Shown piece by piece: positions 38,146 to 49,728 of a stretch of DNA of 64,000 bases (the first letter of the stretch is position 1; each line of letters opens with the position of its first letter). The stretch lies in sequence record MH494197.1; one strand, 5' to 3'. A program made the position numbers and the translations under genes. The notes beneath the pieces are model-generated. The model was not told the DNA's origin. It saw only the letters and a program-made list of their open reading frames with translations, and did not search any database.

Positions 38146-38375
38146 TTATTCTCCTTTATTTTGTTCAGCAGCAGCTTGTGCAGCATCAGCTTCTTCTTGT
38201 GCTTTGATATCTTCGAGTGCAGAGTTAGCAAACTCAACAAACTTAGATACGACTGGAGCAACATCAACAAGTTCTTCGACTTTAAATGAATTACGAGCCA
38301 CAGCAGCTTCCATGATTTTAGCAGCGTTGATTAGGTCGATTAGTGTTAGTTGAATTTTTCTGGTTCTTGTTCCAT
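38146..38375 (-). CDS. Small helical hypothetical protein (about 76 aa)
   Basis: MEQEPEKIQLTLIDLINAAKIMEAAVARNSFKVEELVDVAPVVSKFVEFANSALEDIKAQEEADAAQAAAEQNKGE after one restored A; GGAG RBS. Confidence 0.65.
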
Positions 38376-38441
38376 TTTAATACTCTCCATGTATGTTGTT
38401 ACAAATATAATTATATCACCTTTTTCCAAGCTGTCCCGCTG

Positions 38442-38469
38442 AAAAAGTAGAAACGGAATTTTCCGTTCT
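38442..38469 (-). terminator. Rho-independent terminator after the VWA gene
   Basis: Minus strand GAACGG-AAAATT-CCGTTT then CTACTTTTT. Confidence 0.55.
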
Positions 38470-38475
38470 CATTAT

Positions 38476-39889
38476 TTAGTACTTAGCTACGTTGACGCTT
38501 TTGTCAGCTTCATATTCGTAGTGTACAGTTTCGCCAAATGGTGCTTGTTTGTTAGGATTGCTGTGGATAACAAACAGTGTCTTACAGTAATCAGGATCAC
38601 CCCATGACTGCCACGGCTCACCATCGGTAAACATAATAAGCTGTTTAGGCTTATAGTTGTCATGCTTCATATGAACCCATACTGCTTCAAAGTCAGTACC
38701 ACCACCACCTTTCACTGGATATTCGAGAATCTTACTCTCTTCACCAGTTTTGTAATCTTTCACAGTATAAACTTCAGTATCGAACGTCATGATACGGATT
38801 TTAAATTGTTTAAACTGCTTAGTGATACCCAGTACTTCACTGATGAAATCACGGAGCATATCTTCAGAGATAGAACCGGATGCATCTAGTGCAATTGCAA
38901 TATCAATATCATCATCTGGTTTCATACCGGGAAGATTGGATTCCCGTAGAATGAACCAGAACTACCAAAACCAGCACCCCATGAACGACGATTAGGATTT
39001 TGATAAGTTGCATCAGACTTCAACCAGCTACGCAGTGTGCGGTGAAGTTTAGAACGCCAGTCAATCTTAGGTTCTTTGAAGTTGTTAATCATACGTGCGA
39101 TTTCAGCAGGAGTACCACCTGCACGAGCAGCATTCATCATTGCTGTTTTGAAATCATCCATATAATCACGTTTTTGTTTCTCACTTGAACCACCCTCTTG
39201 ACCTTCTTGTGGAACGTCATGCTGGTCGATTGTTGTACCTTTGCCTTTACCATCTTTGATATCACCAAAAGTACCGCGTGATTTACCTTCACCCTCACCA
39301 CTACCAGCCTGTGGATTTCCTTCACCTTCTCCGTCTTGATCCTGCTTATCTTCTTCTTCGAGAATATTATAAATCTCTTCAGCAGTCATACCATCGTACT
39401 TTTTATCGTACAGCCATTGGCTTTGGATTTTACCAATTTTATCACGAACAAGAATCTGGTTAATTGCATAGTCAGCAGCACGGTTATAACGCTGCGGGTC
39501 ACGCATACCACGACGCAAGAAGTGGTCATATGCACAGTGAAGAATTTCATGACAAATAACTGCAATCAGGTTTTCATCAGTCAAACCTTCTGTCATTTCT
39601 TTAAGTTGTTCTTCAGTTACTTCAGGATGTTTCTCACGAATTGCTTCTTCGTATGCTGACTTTTGGATTGGTCCTGAATACCCATGATGAATTCTACGTT
39701 GTAGAATAAATGCTTACCATCTACAGCCAAAGTACGACACCATGTGTTGTTTGCAACTGGACGCAGACGAGAAGCCAGTACACCAAAGAATGGGAATGTT
39801 AGCATTAAAGATGTGCGAGCTAAGATCAGACGATCTTGACATTCTTTCTGGAGAGCCGGAGTAACATCACTGAAACGTTTATCTGACAT
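38476..39889 (-). CDS. DUF2201-type putative metallopeptidase fused to a VWA domain
   Basis: TLAVDGKHLFYN, HEXXH (CHEILH), YNRAADYAIN, acidic Gly-rich linker, IDWRSKL, MIDAS motifs DASGS / GGGGTDF / FTDG; frameshifts near 39650 and 38927. Confidence 0.85.
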
Positions 39890-39919
39890 TTGTATTTCCT
39901 CGTTTAGTTAAGATAAAGA

Positions 39920-39948
39920 AGGATACCATGTGGTATCCTCCTTGTCAA
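39920..39948 (-). promoter_or_regulatory. Sigma70-like promoter overlapped by a perfect inverted repeat
   Basis: Minus strand TTGACA-17 nt-TATCCT; AGGATACCA-TG-TGGTATCCT palindrome at 39920-39939. Confidence 0.55.
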
Positions 39949-39962
39949 CACTCTTTTAATTA

Positions 39963-41288
39963 TTAACCAAGAGAGCGTGCTTTACGTACTAGGTCAGAGT
40001 ACTTCATAACGAAGTCTTTAAACGCTGGTACATCTTTAATCGTAATCGCTACTTTATGAAGCGTGATGGTACGAATCGCCAGTACTGCCAGTTCTGCTTG
40101 AGTTGCAGAGAAGTTATGGTCTAGGAAGGTGATGAAGTTGTTGCACAGCTTACCCCAATCTTCCACTGGTAGACGTTGTTCTTGCTTCTCATTGTAGAGG
40201 TCGATAATTTTGTAAACCAGATTCAGAGTGATGAAGTAGTTCGCGGAAATATCGAGCGAAGCATCAATCTCTTTAATCTCACCCTGTAGGATGGACATGG
40301 TATCTGGTAGTTTAGCTACGTTATCAACATACTCGATGTATTCAGTTGCTACGCCTTCACCAACACGACCTGCAATCATCGCACGGAACACTTCTTTATC
40401 AATGTTCTTAACTTTCTTCAGATCTTCGTAGCGTGCTACTGCTTCCCATGAACGTGGAGAAGTACCACCACAGTGAGAAGGATCTTGTGGGCTAAGGGTG
40501 TTGAAGTGTTTAGCACCAGTGTTGTTGATGAACGCTACAGTTGCTGGGTTCAAACGCTTGCCAATCGCATAATCGTTAATCCAATCTTGATGATAAGGAA
40601 TCATTTCGATGTGGGTCATACGGTCACGCAGTGGTGTAGCTAGAGAGAACGTTACACCGCCATCAGTTTCACGGTTACCTGCTGCGAGAATCAGTGCAGT
40701 CTTAGGTAGCTTCATCTCACCAACACAACGGTCGAGGATTAGCTGATAAGACGCTGCCTGTACAATCGGCATTGCAGAGTTGATTTCGTCAAACAGAATA
40801 ACACCTTTCCAATCTGGAGACAGTTTCAGTACTTTAGGTGCTGCCCACACAACTGCTGTTTCAGCGATGTAATCTTGTGCACTAGCCAGTTCAGATTCAA
40901 TCAGTTGCTTACCATCCATATCAAGGAACACTTTCTCTGGAACTGGGATACCACGAAGGTCACTTGGTTCAATCTGAGACAAACGGAAATCGATAAAGTT
41001 AGTGTCTTGGTCGATTAGTTTGGCTTCAAACGCTGCCAGTTCACGGCGAAGTTGATCAGCATTTTCAGTATCAGCTTCGATTTGTTGTTTCATGAACTCA
41101 ATTTTGCCACGTTATCTTTACGCAGTGGGTAGTTCTCATCAGCGTATTGACGTGCGATAGCAGATTTACCGATACGGGCTACCCCAAATCATCAGGCTAT
41201 CTTGAATCATGTCAGCCAGTGCCATTGCTTCTTTAGCTTTCTTAGGAGTCAGTTTTACGTTCAGGATATCGTTGTTTTGAGTAGACAT
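39963..41288 (-). CDS. MoxR-like AAA+ ATPase (AAA_5 type)
   Basis: Walker A WGS(PG)IGKS (restored near 41178), IDFRLSQIEPSDLRGIP, Walker B ILFDEIN, AAGNRETDG, PLRDRM, SPRSWE. Confidence 0.88.
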
Positions 41289-41328
41289 GTATATTTTCCT
41301 TTTGTTGGATAAAATCGTTTAGGTTTCT

Positions 41329-41356
41329 ATTATAGCCAATCCGTGGGCAAAGTAAA
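41329..41356 (-). promoter_or_regulatory. Sigma70-like early promoter of the MoxR gene
   Basis: Minus strand TTTACT-16 nt-TATAAT, about 40 nt upstream of the ATG. Confidence 0.65.
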
Positions 41357-41455
41357 GGAACTGTGTTAAAAGAATTTTAACTTATCAGTTCCTTTGTTAC
41401 TTCATGAATCATCCGTGTATTTAAAAGGCATTTCTCTTTGCCGTCTTGATGTGTC

Positions 41456-41484
41456 ATTATATCACATCGTTCAGGCTTGTCAAC
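41456..41484 (-). promoter_or_regulatory. Sigma70-like early promoter (tandem copy 2)
   Basis: GTTGACA-agcctgaacgatgtga-TATAAT. Confidence 0.8.
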
Positions 41485-41546
41485 AACTTTTTTATTTCTT
41501 TTCAATCTCACATCTTGTGATTTTGAAAACTTGCTTCGTGGTGGTC

Positions 41547-41575
41547 ATTATAACACATCATTCGGCGTTGTCAAC
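41547..41575 (-). promoter_or_regulatory. Sigma70-like early promoter (tandem copy 1)
   Basis: GTTGACA-acgccgaatgatgtgt-TATAAT. Confidence 0.8.
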
Positions 41576-41597
41576 ATCTTTTTCTTTATTTTCGAAG

Positions 41598-41974
41598 CTA
41601 CATGTGCATCGAAAATAACATTCTAAAATCATCACCACACAATGTTAACTCTGTAACTATCATTTGCGTCGAGAGGTATATGTACTGCCCTTCTACATAG
41701 TAGGGTGAAGTACATATCCTATCAAGCGATGTAAAGATTATAGAACTTTTGAACTCTCTTTGCAAGGGGATTTTTGTAAATTCGTAAAGAATGTTTTCTT
41801 TACAAATTGTATATCCAAACTTGCTAAGTCTTAAACCACCGCCAGTTCTGAAATTTTCAAAATTGACATCAGAAGCATACGGTCTGTTAATTCAGCGTCT
41901 GATCCATGTACTTCTCTAACTTTTAAAAGTACATCGTTTTGAAATTCAGTACTGTTGTGTGGTTCAGGAATCAT
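41598..41974 (-). CDS. Conserved jumbo-phage hypothetical protein (missed by the ORF track)
   Basis: With one A restored near 41865: MIPEPHNSTEFQNDVLLKVREVHGSDAELTDRMLLMSILKNFRTGGGLRLSKFGYTIC...SLDRICTSPYYVEGQYIYL...LTLCGDDFRMLFSMHM; GGLRL and LDR-PYY motifs. Confidence 0.65.
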
Positions 41975-41977
41975 AAA

Positions 41978-42368
41978 TTACATCCCCACGAAACCCTGTC
42001 TTGCTGCATATGAAGGAGCATCTTTAACTTTATAGTCTTGGACACCATCTTTACCAATTTTCGGACCCATATCTTTGGTTCCGAAGCAGCAATCAGTGGA
42101 TTCATCAACTTCTTCAGTACTTTCATCATTATATCGAACATCCGATAAAATGTCACACGCTTTTGAAGCTTTTCTACGATTTCTTTTGATCTTCACCTGA
42201 TTTAACCTTATCCACAATGTGGATAAGGCATTCGGTGATATCTTTAAGTAAATCGGTGGCAACAGCATCAGAAGGAGTCTCAACTGCAAAACTTTCTTCT
42301 TCAGTAGATTCTTCACTAGAAGTGATTTCATCTAATGCTTCAACCAATTCACGATAATTATATCCCAT
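41978..42368 (-). CDS. Acidic hypothetical protein
   Basis: MGYNYRELVEALDEITSSEESTEEESF...ARQGFVGM, with one frameshift near 42180. Confidence 0.55.
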
Positions 42369-42369
42369 C

Positions 42370-43351
42370 TTATTTGTCCCTAGAAATTGTTGATATTTCT
42401 TCTGGAGACTTTCGAAAATGTCTTCGACTTCTTCATCGCTTTCATCTTCTAGTTCTTCGTTACCTTCCACGGACTCATCACTCTCATTAACATTGAGTGG
42501 GTTGTCACCTAGAGCAGTACACGGAAACTTAGGTTCAAATTTGTGAACACGGTTCTCGTTACCGTCATTGTCATAGTACTCTGGTTCAGGACGATTGTCA
42601 ACATCTTCATCAACGACACGTCTCCAGTAGAACTTGTTACCCTTGGTAATAACAACAAAGTGGTCACCTTCTACACCATTAGTTTTAGCTTGACCGTCAC
42701 GAACAGCATCAGCTTCAGTGTTGTAAGGGCCAAAATCAGTACTGTCACCTTGTTCTTCATCTTCAGAGATGGTTAGGTCTGGTAGGAAAGTGTTTTCTTC
42801 AACTTTAACTTCAGTATCTGGGTTACCTTCTACAGAATATTCATCTTCTGGTTCGTCTTGAAGACCAGCTAGAGATAGCATACGACTGAAATCGAATTCT
42901 TCTTCGATGATTTCTTCTTCTTCCTCTTCTTCAACTGATTCTAGTTGAGGTTGACCGGAAAGATCTAAAGAAAACTCTTCTTCATCTGCAACACGGCTCT
43001 TCGAACTCTGCATCCATACTTACTTCTTCAGAATCACCACCAAAATCACCAGCTTCAGCAGATAGTGAGTCAGCAGCAACTTCTAATGGGTCTTCAACAG
43101 GTGCATCAATTGCACCATCCATTGAACCACCAACTTCTTCTTCTGCACCAGCACCAATTGAATCCATATCGAGTGGTGCGATTGGTGTAGAAAGGGTCAT
43201 TGACCCATAGAAGGAACTGGAGCAGCAACAGGAGAAGCTTGACGCTCGGCTTGACCAGCTAGTGCAAGCATACGAGATAGTGTTTCTAGATCTTCAGATT
43301 CTAGTCCTGCGATATCGATTTTAACTTGTGCTTCATTAATTTTTTAGCCAT
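42370..43351 (-). CDS. Highly acidic protein, possible prohead core/scaffold component
   Basis: Very E/D-rich; repeated RML(A/S)LAG motif (LSRMLALAG, FSRMLSLAGL); late-type TAAATA at 43385-43390. Confidence 0.5.
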
Positions 43352-43373
43352 TTTAAATAAATCCTTTTAGTTA

Positions 43374-45431
43374 TCAATCATTCTTATTTAATGATTTTAA
43401 AATTTGCACTGTTTCATCCTTTTTACCAGATAGTAAAATGTCAGCAGCAATTAGAGAAACCTCATCACCACGCGTTAAGAGTACTGTAATTTTCTTAGCG
43501 TAAGGTGATTCTTTAATTCGTGAAGCCAATGATTGAACTTCATCACCGGAGCAGGAACTTCAGGTTCTGGCTCTGATACAGGTTCTGGTTCTTTAGTAGG
43601 TTCAGCTTTTGGTTCAACTACATCAGTACTTGATACTTCAGCATCTACTTTATCTTCAGGTTCTTCTTCTTTCTTATCAGCACGTTCTGCATCATAACGA
43701 GCAAGAATGTCATCAGCAGTTGATTTTGGAATCAATTTACCATCAGCACTAATAAAGCGGTTACCACCGATATAAGAATACTCTGTGCCTTTCTTAGATT
43801 TTACTTTAGTTCCGATTTTCATTGCACCAGAACTATTATGGCGAATTATATCACGTTGAGCAGCACGTTCAACACTTTTGCAGCACTAGAATTTAGTTGT
43901 TTTTAGTTTCTACATCAAACCATGCATTTTTTGTTTAATGTATGTTTTACCTTTATTTGAAGTAATGCGGTAACCATGTGGAACCACAACAGATTCAGTT
44001 TCTTCAATCTCTTCATCTGCTTCATTAATGGATTCTTTTGTTGCGAATACTGGCTGTTTTACTGGTTGTTTAGGTTGTTCTGGCTTTTCACCTGAACCAA
44101 AACGTTGTTCACCTGATTCATGATCACCAGTTAGTGAAGGAAAATCACCGGGTTAGCCTTAACAAATTGTTGATATGCATTAAAGATTACATGTGCATTT
44201 TGTTCTGGAATTACAACATTACCATCATTATCACAAAATTCTTTACCATTCCATTCTGAACGAGTATTACCTTGTACTAATGTAGATTTAATTGGAATTA
44301 GTTTGTTTTTGGTGCTAATTGGCGAGCAATACGCATACCTTCATCGGAAAGTTTACGTGTCATTGCTGGGTCAACTGGACGTCCAGATTTTGCATCAACA
44401 AAACGGTGATTTTAGGGATGAATTTAAATCCACTAACTTCCATACCTGCTGGAATAGAAATATCATCAGCATATGGTGGAAGGATATAGAATTTTAGGGA
44501 GTTCCATTCTTTTGTAGAGTTTCTTTTGAAACATTATATACACGGTGGTCATCTGCCATTAGTTCAGTGATAATTTCACTTTCAGTTAGTAGAATTCCAT
44601 CTTTAGAATTGAAACGATTTTCACCAAGAAATGTACACTCTTTACCTTCAAGAATATATTTTTACCAATTTTATATTCACTAGAAGATAGATTGTGCTCA
44701 ACAATCTGTTGTCGAGCACTTGCGTACATGGATGGGTATTTTTAGGGTCTACCATTAACATATTATTGTCGTTAAACCAGAAACCTTCTAGAAATACATA
44801 TTTGCCACCAGTGTGAGAAGTATATACATATCCATTAGGTACTGTGGTAGTTTCAGTACTGAAAAAATTATCCATGTGTTGATTCTCCTTAAGAAAGCAT
44901 ACGCAAAAGTTGTTCACGCTGCTCTGGACTTAATTTTTGTAGAGCATCAGGATACTAGAACCTTGTGCTTTTGGCTGTTCCTGTGGTGCTGGTTGTGGAG
45001 CATTGTCAGGTTGAGCTTGTGGTGCAGGACGTTGTTGTTCTTCACCTTTATCATCATCACGATAATCATTCATCAAGTCACGTGCTGCTGCCAATAGAGC
45101 AGAACCAACATCTTTAGGAGTAAAAGTACGACGACTGTTATTTCCCGTGTTTTATATCAAGGTTATTTCCTTTGAAGAATTGTGCAACATCAGCATATGG
45201 TACTGATGGCTGTGCTTTACCGTATTTGCGACCAACATAGCGTTTAAATTCAGCCCAAAGACGGTTTGCTTCTGCACCAACTTCTTGTGCACCTTGTTCT
45301 ACTTGACCACTACCGAAAAAGCCTTTTACTTTTCCTTTTGCACTATCTACTGCACTTTGTGAACGACTATATGGACGAGCTTCATTTAGCTCTTCATCAT
45401 TATAGTCTAACATTTCATTAAGTATACTCAT
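43374..45431 (-). CDS. Large putative virion protein with repeated P-GY...S--G--Y modules, frameshifted
   Basis: ORFs 45138..45431, 44648..44917 and 43475..43822 plus intervening frames join; about five copies of a 35-45 aa module; P/E/Q-rich linkers. Confidence 0.5.
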
Positions 45432-45965
45432 GTCTCAATCCTTTTACCAAAACCAGCACTCATATATTGAGAGTATTTATTGTCACTTTTAACTGCTTCA
45501 ATCGCATCTTTAACTGCGGTTACAGCACGTTCTTCACCAGCTAAATCATGGCTGTCTTCTGGTTTGCCAAAATCAACACCAATTACTGGTTCGTAATCGT
45601 CAAAGTCAATATCATCTTCGAGTTCGGTCATTTCTTGTTGACGTGGTTCATCTTTACTACGTACACGGATTAGAGCTTCAGTCATACTTAGTAGGTTGCC
45701 AATTTCATACATTAGTACGTTTGATTGAACACCACGGTGGCATTTGAAATCAAACATCCAAATTTCACCACAATCTAATTCATAAAAATCTAGTGGTCTT
45801 TCCATGAAAATAGTTTTCTTTAGTGCACCAATATCAAATGCATCATAACGATCCATTAGGCGTTGTGATACTTTACTTAGTTGCTCATTGGTAGGTTCAA
45901 CTGCAAACTTGACTCGGTATTCAAAACTGGTTTTTATCCGTTAGGATTTGTTGTAATCTATTCAT
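45428..45965 (-). CDS. Conserved hypothetical protein
   Basis: ORF 45428..45856 extended upstream (FEYRVKFAVEP...LMDRYDAFDIG...PLDFYEL). Confidence 0.6.
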
Positions 45966-45992
45966 TTTAATAACTCCATAAGGTCGTTTAAG

Positions 45993-47004
<1,012 letters not shown>

Positions 47005-48095
47005 TTAAAAATCTCCTAATATGTTGCCTAATCCGAATTTTGAGCTTGCAGAAGAAACGATGCTTCCTAAACCAATAGCATTTGCACCTCTTGTCACTGC
47101 GGAACCTATGTTTCGGATGGTATCAGGAGTAATGTCACCACGAAGGATATCACCAGCACTACTGATTATATCACTAACTGATGTTCCTGCTCGGATAATT
47201 TTACCAACTGTCGAAATTCCTTTAGTTTTGTCATCAAGTTCACCAAAGTACTTAAAGAATCCACTCACACCAAGACCTTCAGTATCGGTGATGAGTTGTG
47301 CAATTTCCATTGTAGGGACACCAATACTCAAGTACCCTTCAGGACCAAAGTTGTTACACGCTTCATAACGCATAGTCAAAGATAATAGTGCTGGGTCACC
47401 TTCACTTTCCATAGATTTAGTTTCTAATTGTATATCTTCGATGAATACATTTATCATGTTATGAACTGTATAGGTTTCATTATCAATTTCATAGATATTA
47501 ATTGATTTGAAAAGTACTGGTTGTCGTAGTTACCATTGTTCATTACAGAACGACCCCAGTTTCCACCTAAACCATTGAAATTTTCTGGTGTACTGAGTAC
47601 GTCATTTCGGTAAGATTGTGGGTTCTTGTCAAAGAAGTCACCATAGTAGAACTTACGATATGCGTCCATTAAAAGATATCCAGCACCATCGACGGTATCA
47701 TAGAAAACAACATTACTGGGTTTATAAACAATATCACCAGTAACTAAACGTTTTTGTTGTATTGGTTTACGGTTTCAACACTGAAAGAAAAGCTAGGAAG
47801 TGTTACGTCTTTTACAAAGCACGATACATTATTAACATCAAAATCAGTATGTGTATCTGGGAGTTGAGTTTTAATAAAGTTCTTTGCGAACGGGTTAGTA
47901 CAAATTCGATAATAAAACTGTTCTTAAATTTTGGTAAATTATAGAATGAAAAACCCATTTCACCTGCTGTACCAAACACTCGTTGTGCAGCGTTATAATT
48001 TTCAAAAGCTGGATCTCTAATGATGTTGATATTGTCAATAACACCATTAACTATACTAGTTCCAGTACTGACAAATGAATCAAAAAATCACTCAT
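47005..48095 (-). CDS. Tail-tube-like / baseplate tube-cap protein, frameshifted
   Basis: Reconstructed MSDFFDSF...LPKFKNSFIIEF...YKPSNVVFYDTVDG...AYRKFYYGDFF...NVFIEDIQLETKSMESEG...LTMRYEA; AAGGAG RBS. Confidence 0.55.
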
Positions 48096-48106
48096 GGGTT
48101 ATCTCC

Positions 48107-48883
48107 TTATAATCCAATGCTACCGAAAACACGGTCAATGATATCTAATCCTTGGTTTACGTTTTCAGGTAAAAGTGAATTTATTCTAGTACTGTACATT
48201 TCTTCGATATTATCGAATTGGATACAATTATCAGGTTTTATTGTAATAACCATTTCAACAGGAGAACTTGAACTATAGTCAAGTGAATCATATGATATAT
48301 TTTGTATAACACATCCTGTTAGTACAAAGTACTCCATAACGCCAGCACTATTGTATGATGATCCACCAATGAACTGATCAACAGCGTTGACTAATCCAGT
48401 ATTGTTGGTAGCGGCAGTTGTTGCATTAACTAATGTGTTTCTTCCCAAGTCTTCTAGTGTATCATCAGAGTTGCGACCATTCAACATCTGAATGACAATT
48501 CCGAACTTATATGAACCATAATCATGGTCAGTTCTGGAAGTAATTCTTCGTTGAAAATCTAATTGTTTCTGTAATTGTCTTGACAAGGCTTTTGCTGATG
48601 CATTACCAACTGAATCACGGATAGTTAAAGTAATTGGGTCCCAATCGTGACTACCAATGTAAGATGTATTTGTTGTAAATTGATATAGTTTATGAGTACT
48701 GAAAGTAACAGTAGGTCTATCAACTTTATCAACATCTAATGCAATGTGATCACGCTCATCTATATCAGTACCGAAATTATATACAATAACACGAAATTTG
48801 TATTTTGCTTTCGGTTGTAACATTGAACGGTTACGTCCTGATGGTAGAGGAACGCCATATTTATTAATCATGTTATTTGCCAT
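48107..48883 (-). CDS. Tail tube protein paralogue (gp19-like)
   Basis: Intact 258 aa: QPKAKYKFRV, WDPITLTIRDSVGN, GCVIQNISYDSLDYSSSSPVEMVITIKPDN. Confidence 0.8.
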   Translation of the reverse strand: MANNMINKYGVPLPSGRNRSMLQPKAKYKFRVIVYNFGTDIDERDHIALDVDKVDRPTVTFSTHKLYQFTTNTSYIGSHDWDPITLTIRDSVGNASAKALSRQLQKQLDFQRRITSRTDHDYGSYKFGIVIQMLNGRNSDDTLEDLGRNTLVNATTAATNNTGLVNAVDQFIGGSSYNSAGVMEYFVLTGCVIQNISYDSLDYSSSSPVEMVITIKPDNCIQFDNIEEMYSTRINSLLPENVNQGLDIIDRVFGSIGL

Positions 48884-48917
48884 AGCAACCTCTTTTATTT
48901 TATAAGGTATTATACTT

Positions 48918-48954
48918 TATTTAGCATAAAAAGCCCCGAACTAGTTCGAGGCTT
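48918..48954 (-). terminator. Terminator after the tube gene, followed by a late-promoter motif
   Basis: Minus strand AAGCCTCGAAC-TA-GTTCGGGGCTT-TTT then CTAAATA (48918-48924). Confidence 0.75.
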
Positions 48955-48970
48955 ACGTTTAAAAGAAAAA

Positions 48971-49655
48971 TTAATTTTCGTAGAAGTTACTATCTGGTAG
49001 AGTAGTACTACTAATGTTGGTTTGTGCACCACTAATAGAGGTAGCAGTGGATGGGTTACCGAAACCAGTAATTTCATCACCGAACGCTTCACCATTAGGA
49101 CCGAGTTTTGCACAGCCGTCTGGTTGAATTGTCATAGAAATAACTTGTGCTTCACTTGAGGAATAATCCCAGTCACCAAAGTTACTAGATTCGATAAAGC
49201 AGCCTTGACATACCCAAGTACTCAAAGTACCTTCAAAAGGTTAGAAGTGTTTTCACTATTGGAGCCATCTAGCTCTTGAATCCACATTTCAAATTTGAAC
49301 TGGGAATCAGTCATACGAGATTCTTGACTGTAATAGTTAAATTCTTTACGCATTTGGTTATAAAGAGCTTTAGCAGAAGCATTACCAACTGAATCACGGA
49401 AAGCCACATCAATAGTATCCCAAGTATACTTACCTTTATAGTGAGCAGAACTGTTATAACTATGCACAGTGACGTTTTCATGTGATACAGATACAGCACC
49501 AACGGTGTTGGTATCTAGGTAATCATATTGCCATCGTCGTTAGCACCGAAGCCAAAGAAAACAACACGGAATTTATATTTTGCTTTAGGTTGTTTCATAG
49601 AGATACGACCACCGCCAGCGAGCGGAACGCCATATCGATCAAGCATTGTAGCCAT
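48971..49655 (-). CDS. Major tail tube protein (T4 gp19-like), frameshifted
   Basis: MATMLDRYGVPL...QPKAKYKFRV...HYKGKYTWDTIDVAFRDSVGN...TWVCQGCFIESSNFGDWDYSSSEAQVISMTIQPD; downstream of the sheath gene; AGGAG RBS; TAAATA at 49691-49696. Confidence 0.85.
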
Positions 49656-49728
49656 TTATATTCTCCTGTTATGGAATGACATCTTTATATTATTTATCTA
49701 TTACTTACACTTTTATTGAAGTATCTCA

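Noticed and set aside
41380-41546. Micro-ORFs starting at the ATG inside TATAATG (MTTTKQVF..., MTHQDGKE...)
   Set aside because: The ATG overlaps the -10 box, upstream of the expected TSS, and has no RBS
41598-41780. Stand-alone ncRNA gene in an apparently intergenic gap
   Set aside because: The gap is the 3' half of a conserved protein gene hidden by a frameshift; kept only as a possible dual-coded element
42174-43013. Single 279-aa acidic ORF
   Set aside because: It is an artefactual in-frame join of the end of 42370..43351 and the start of 41978..42368 (lost G before GACAAATAA)
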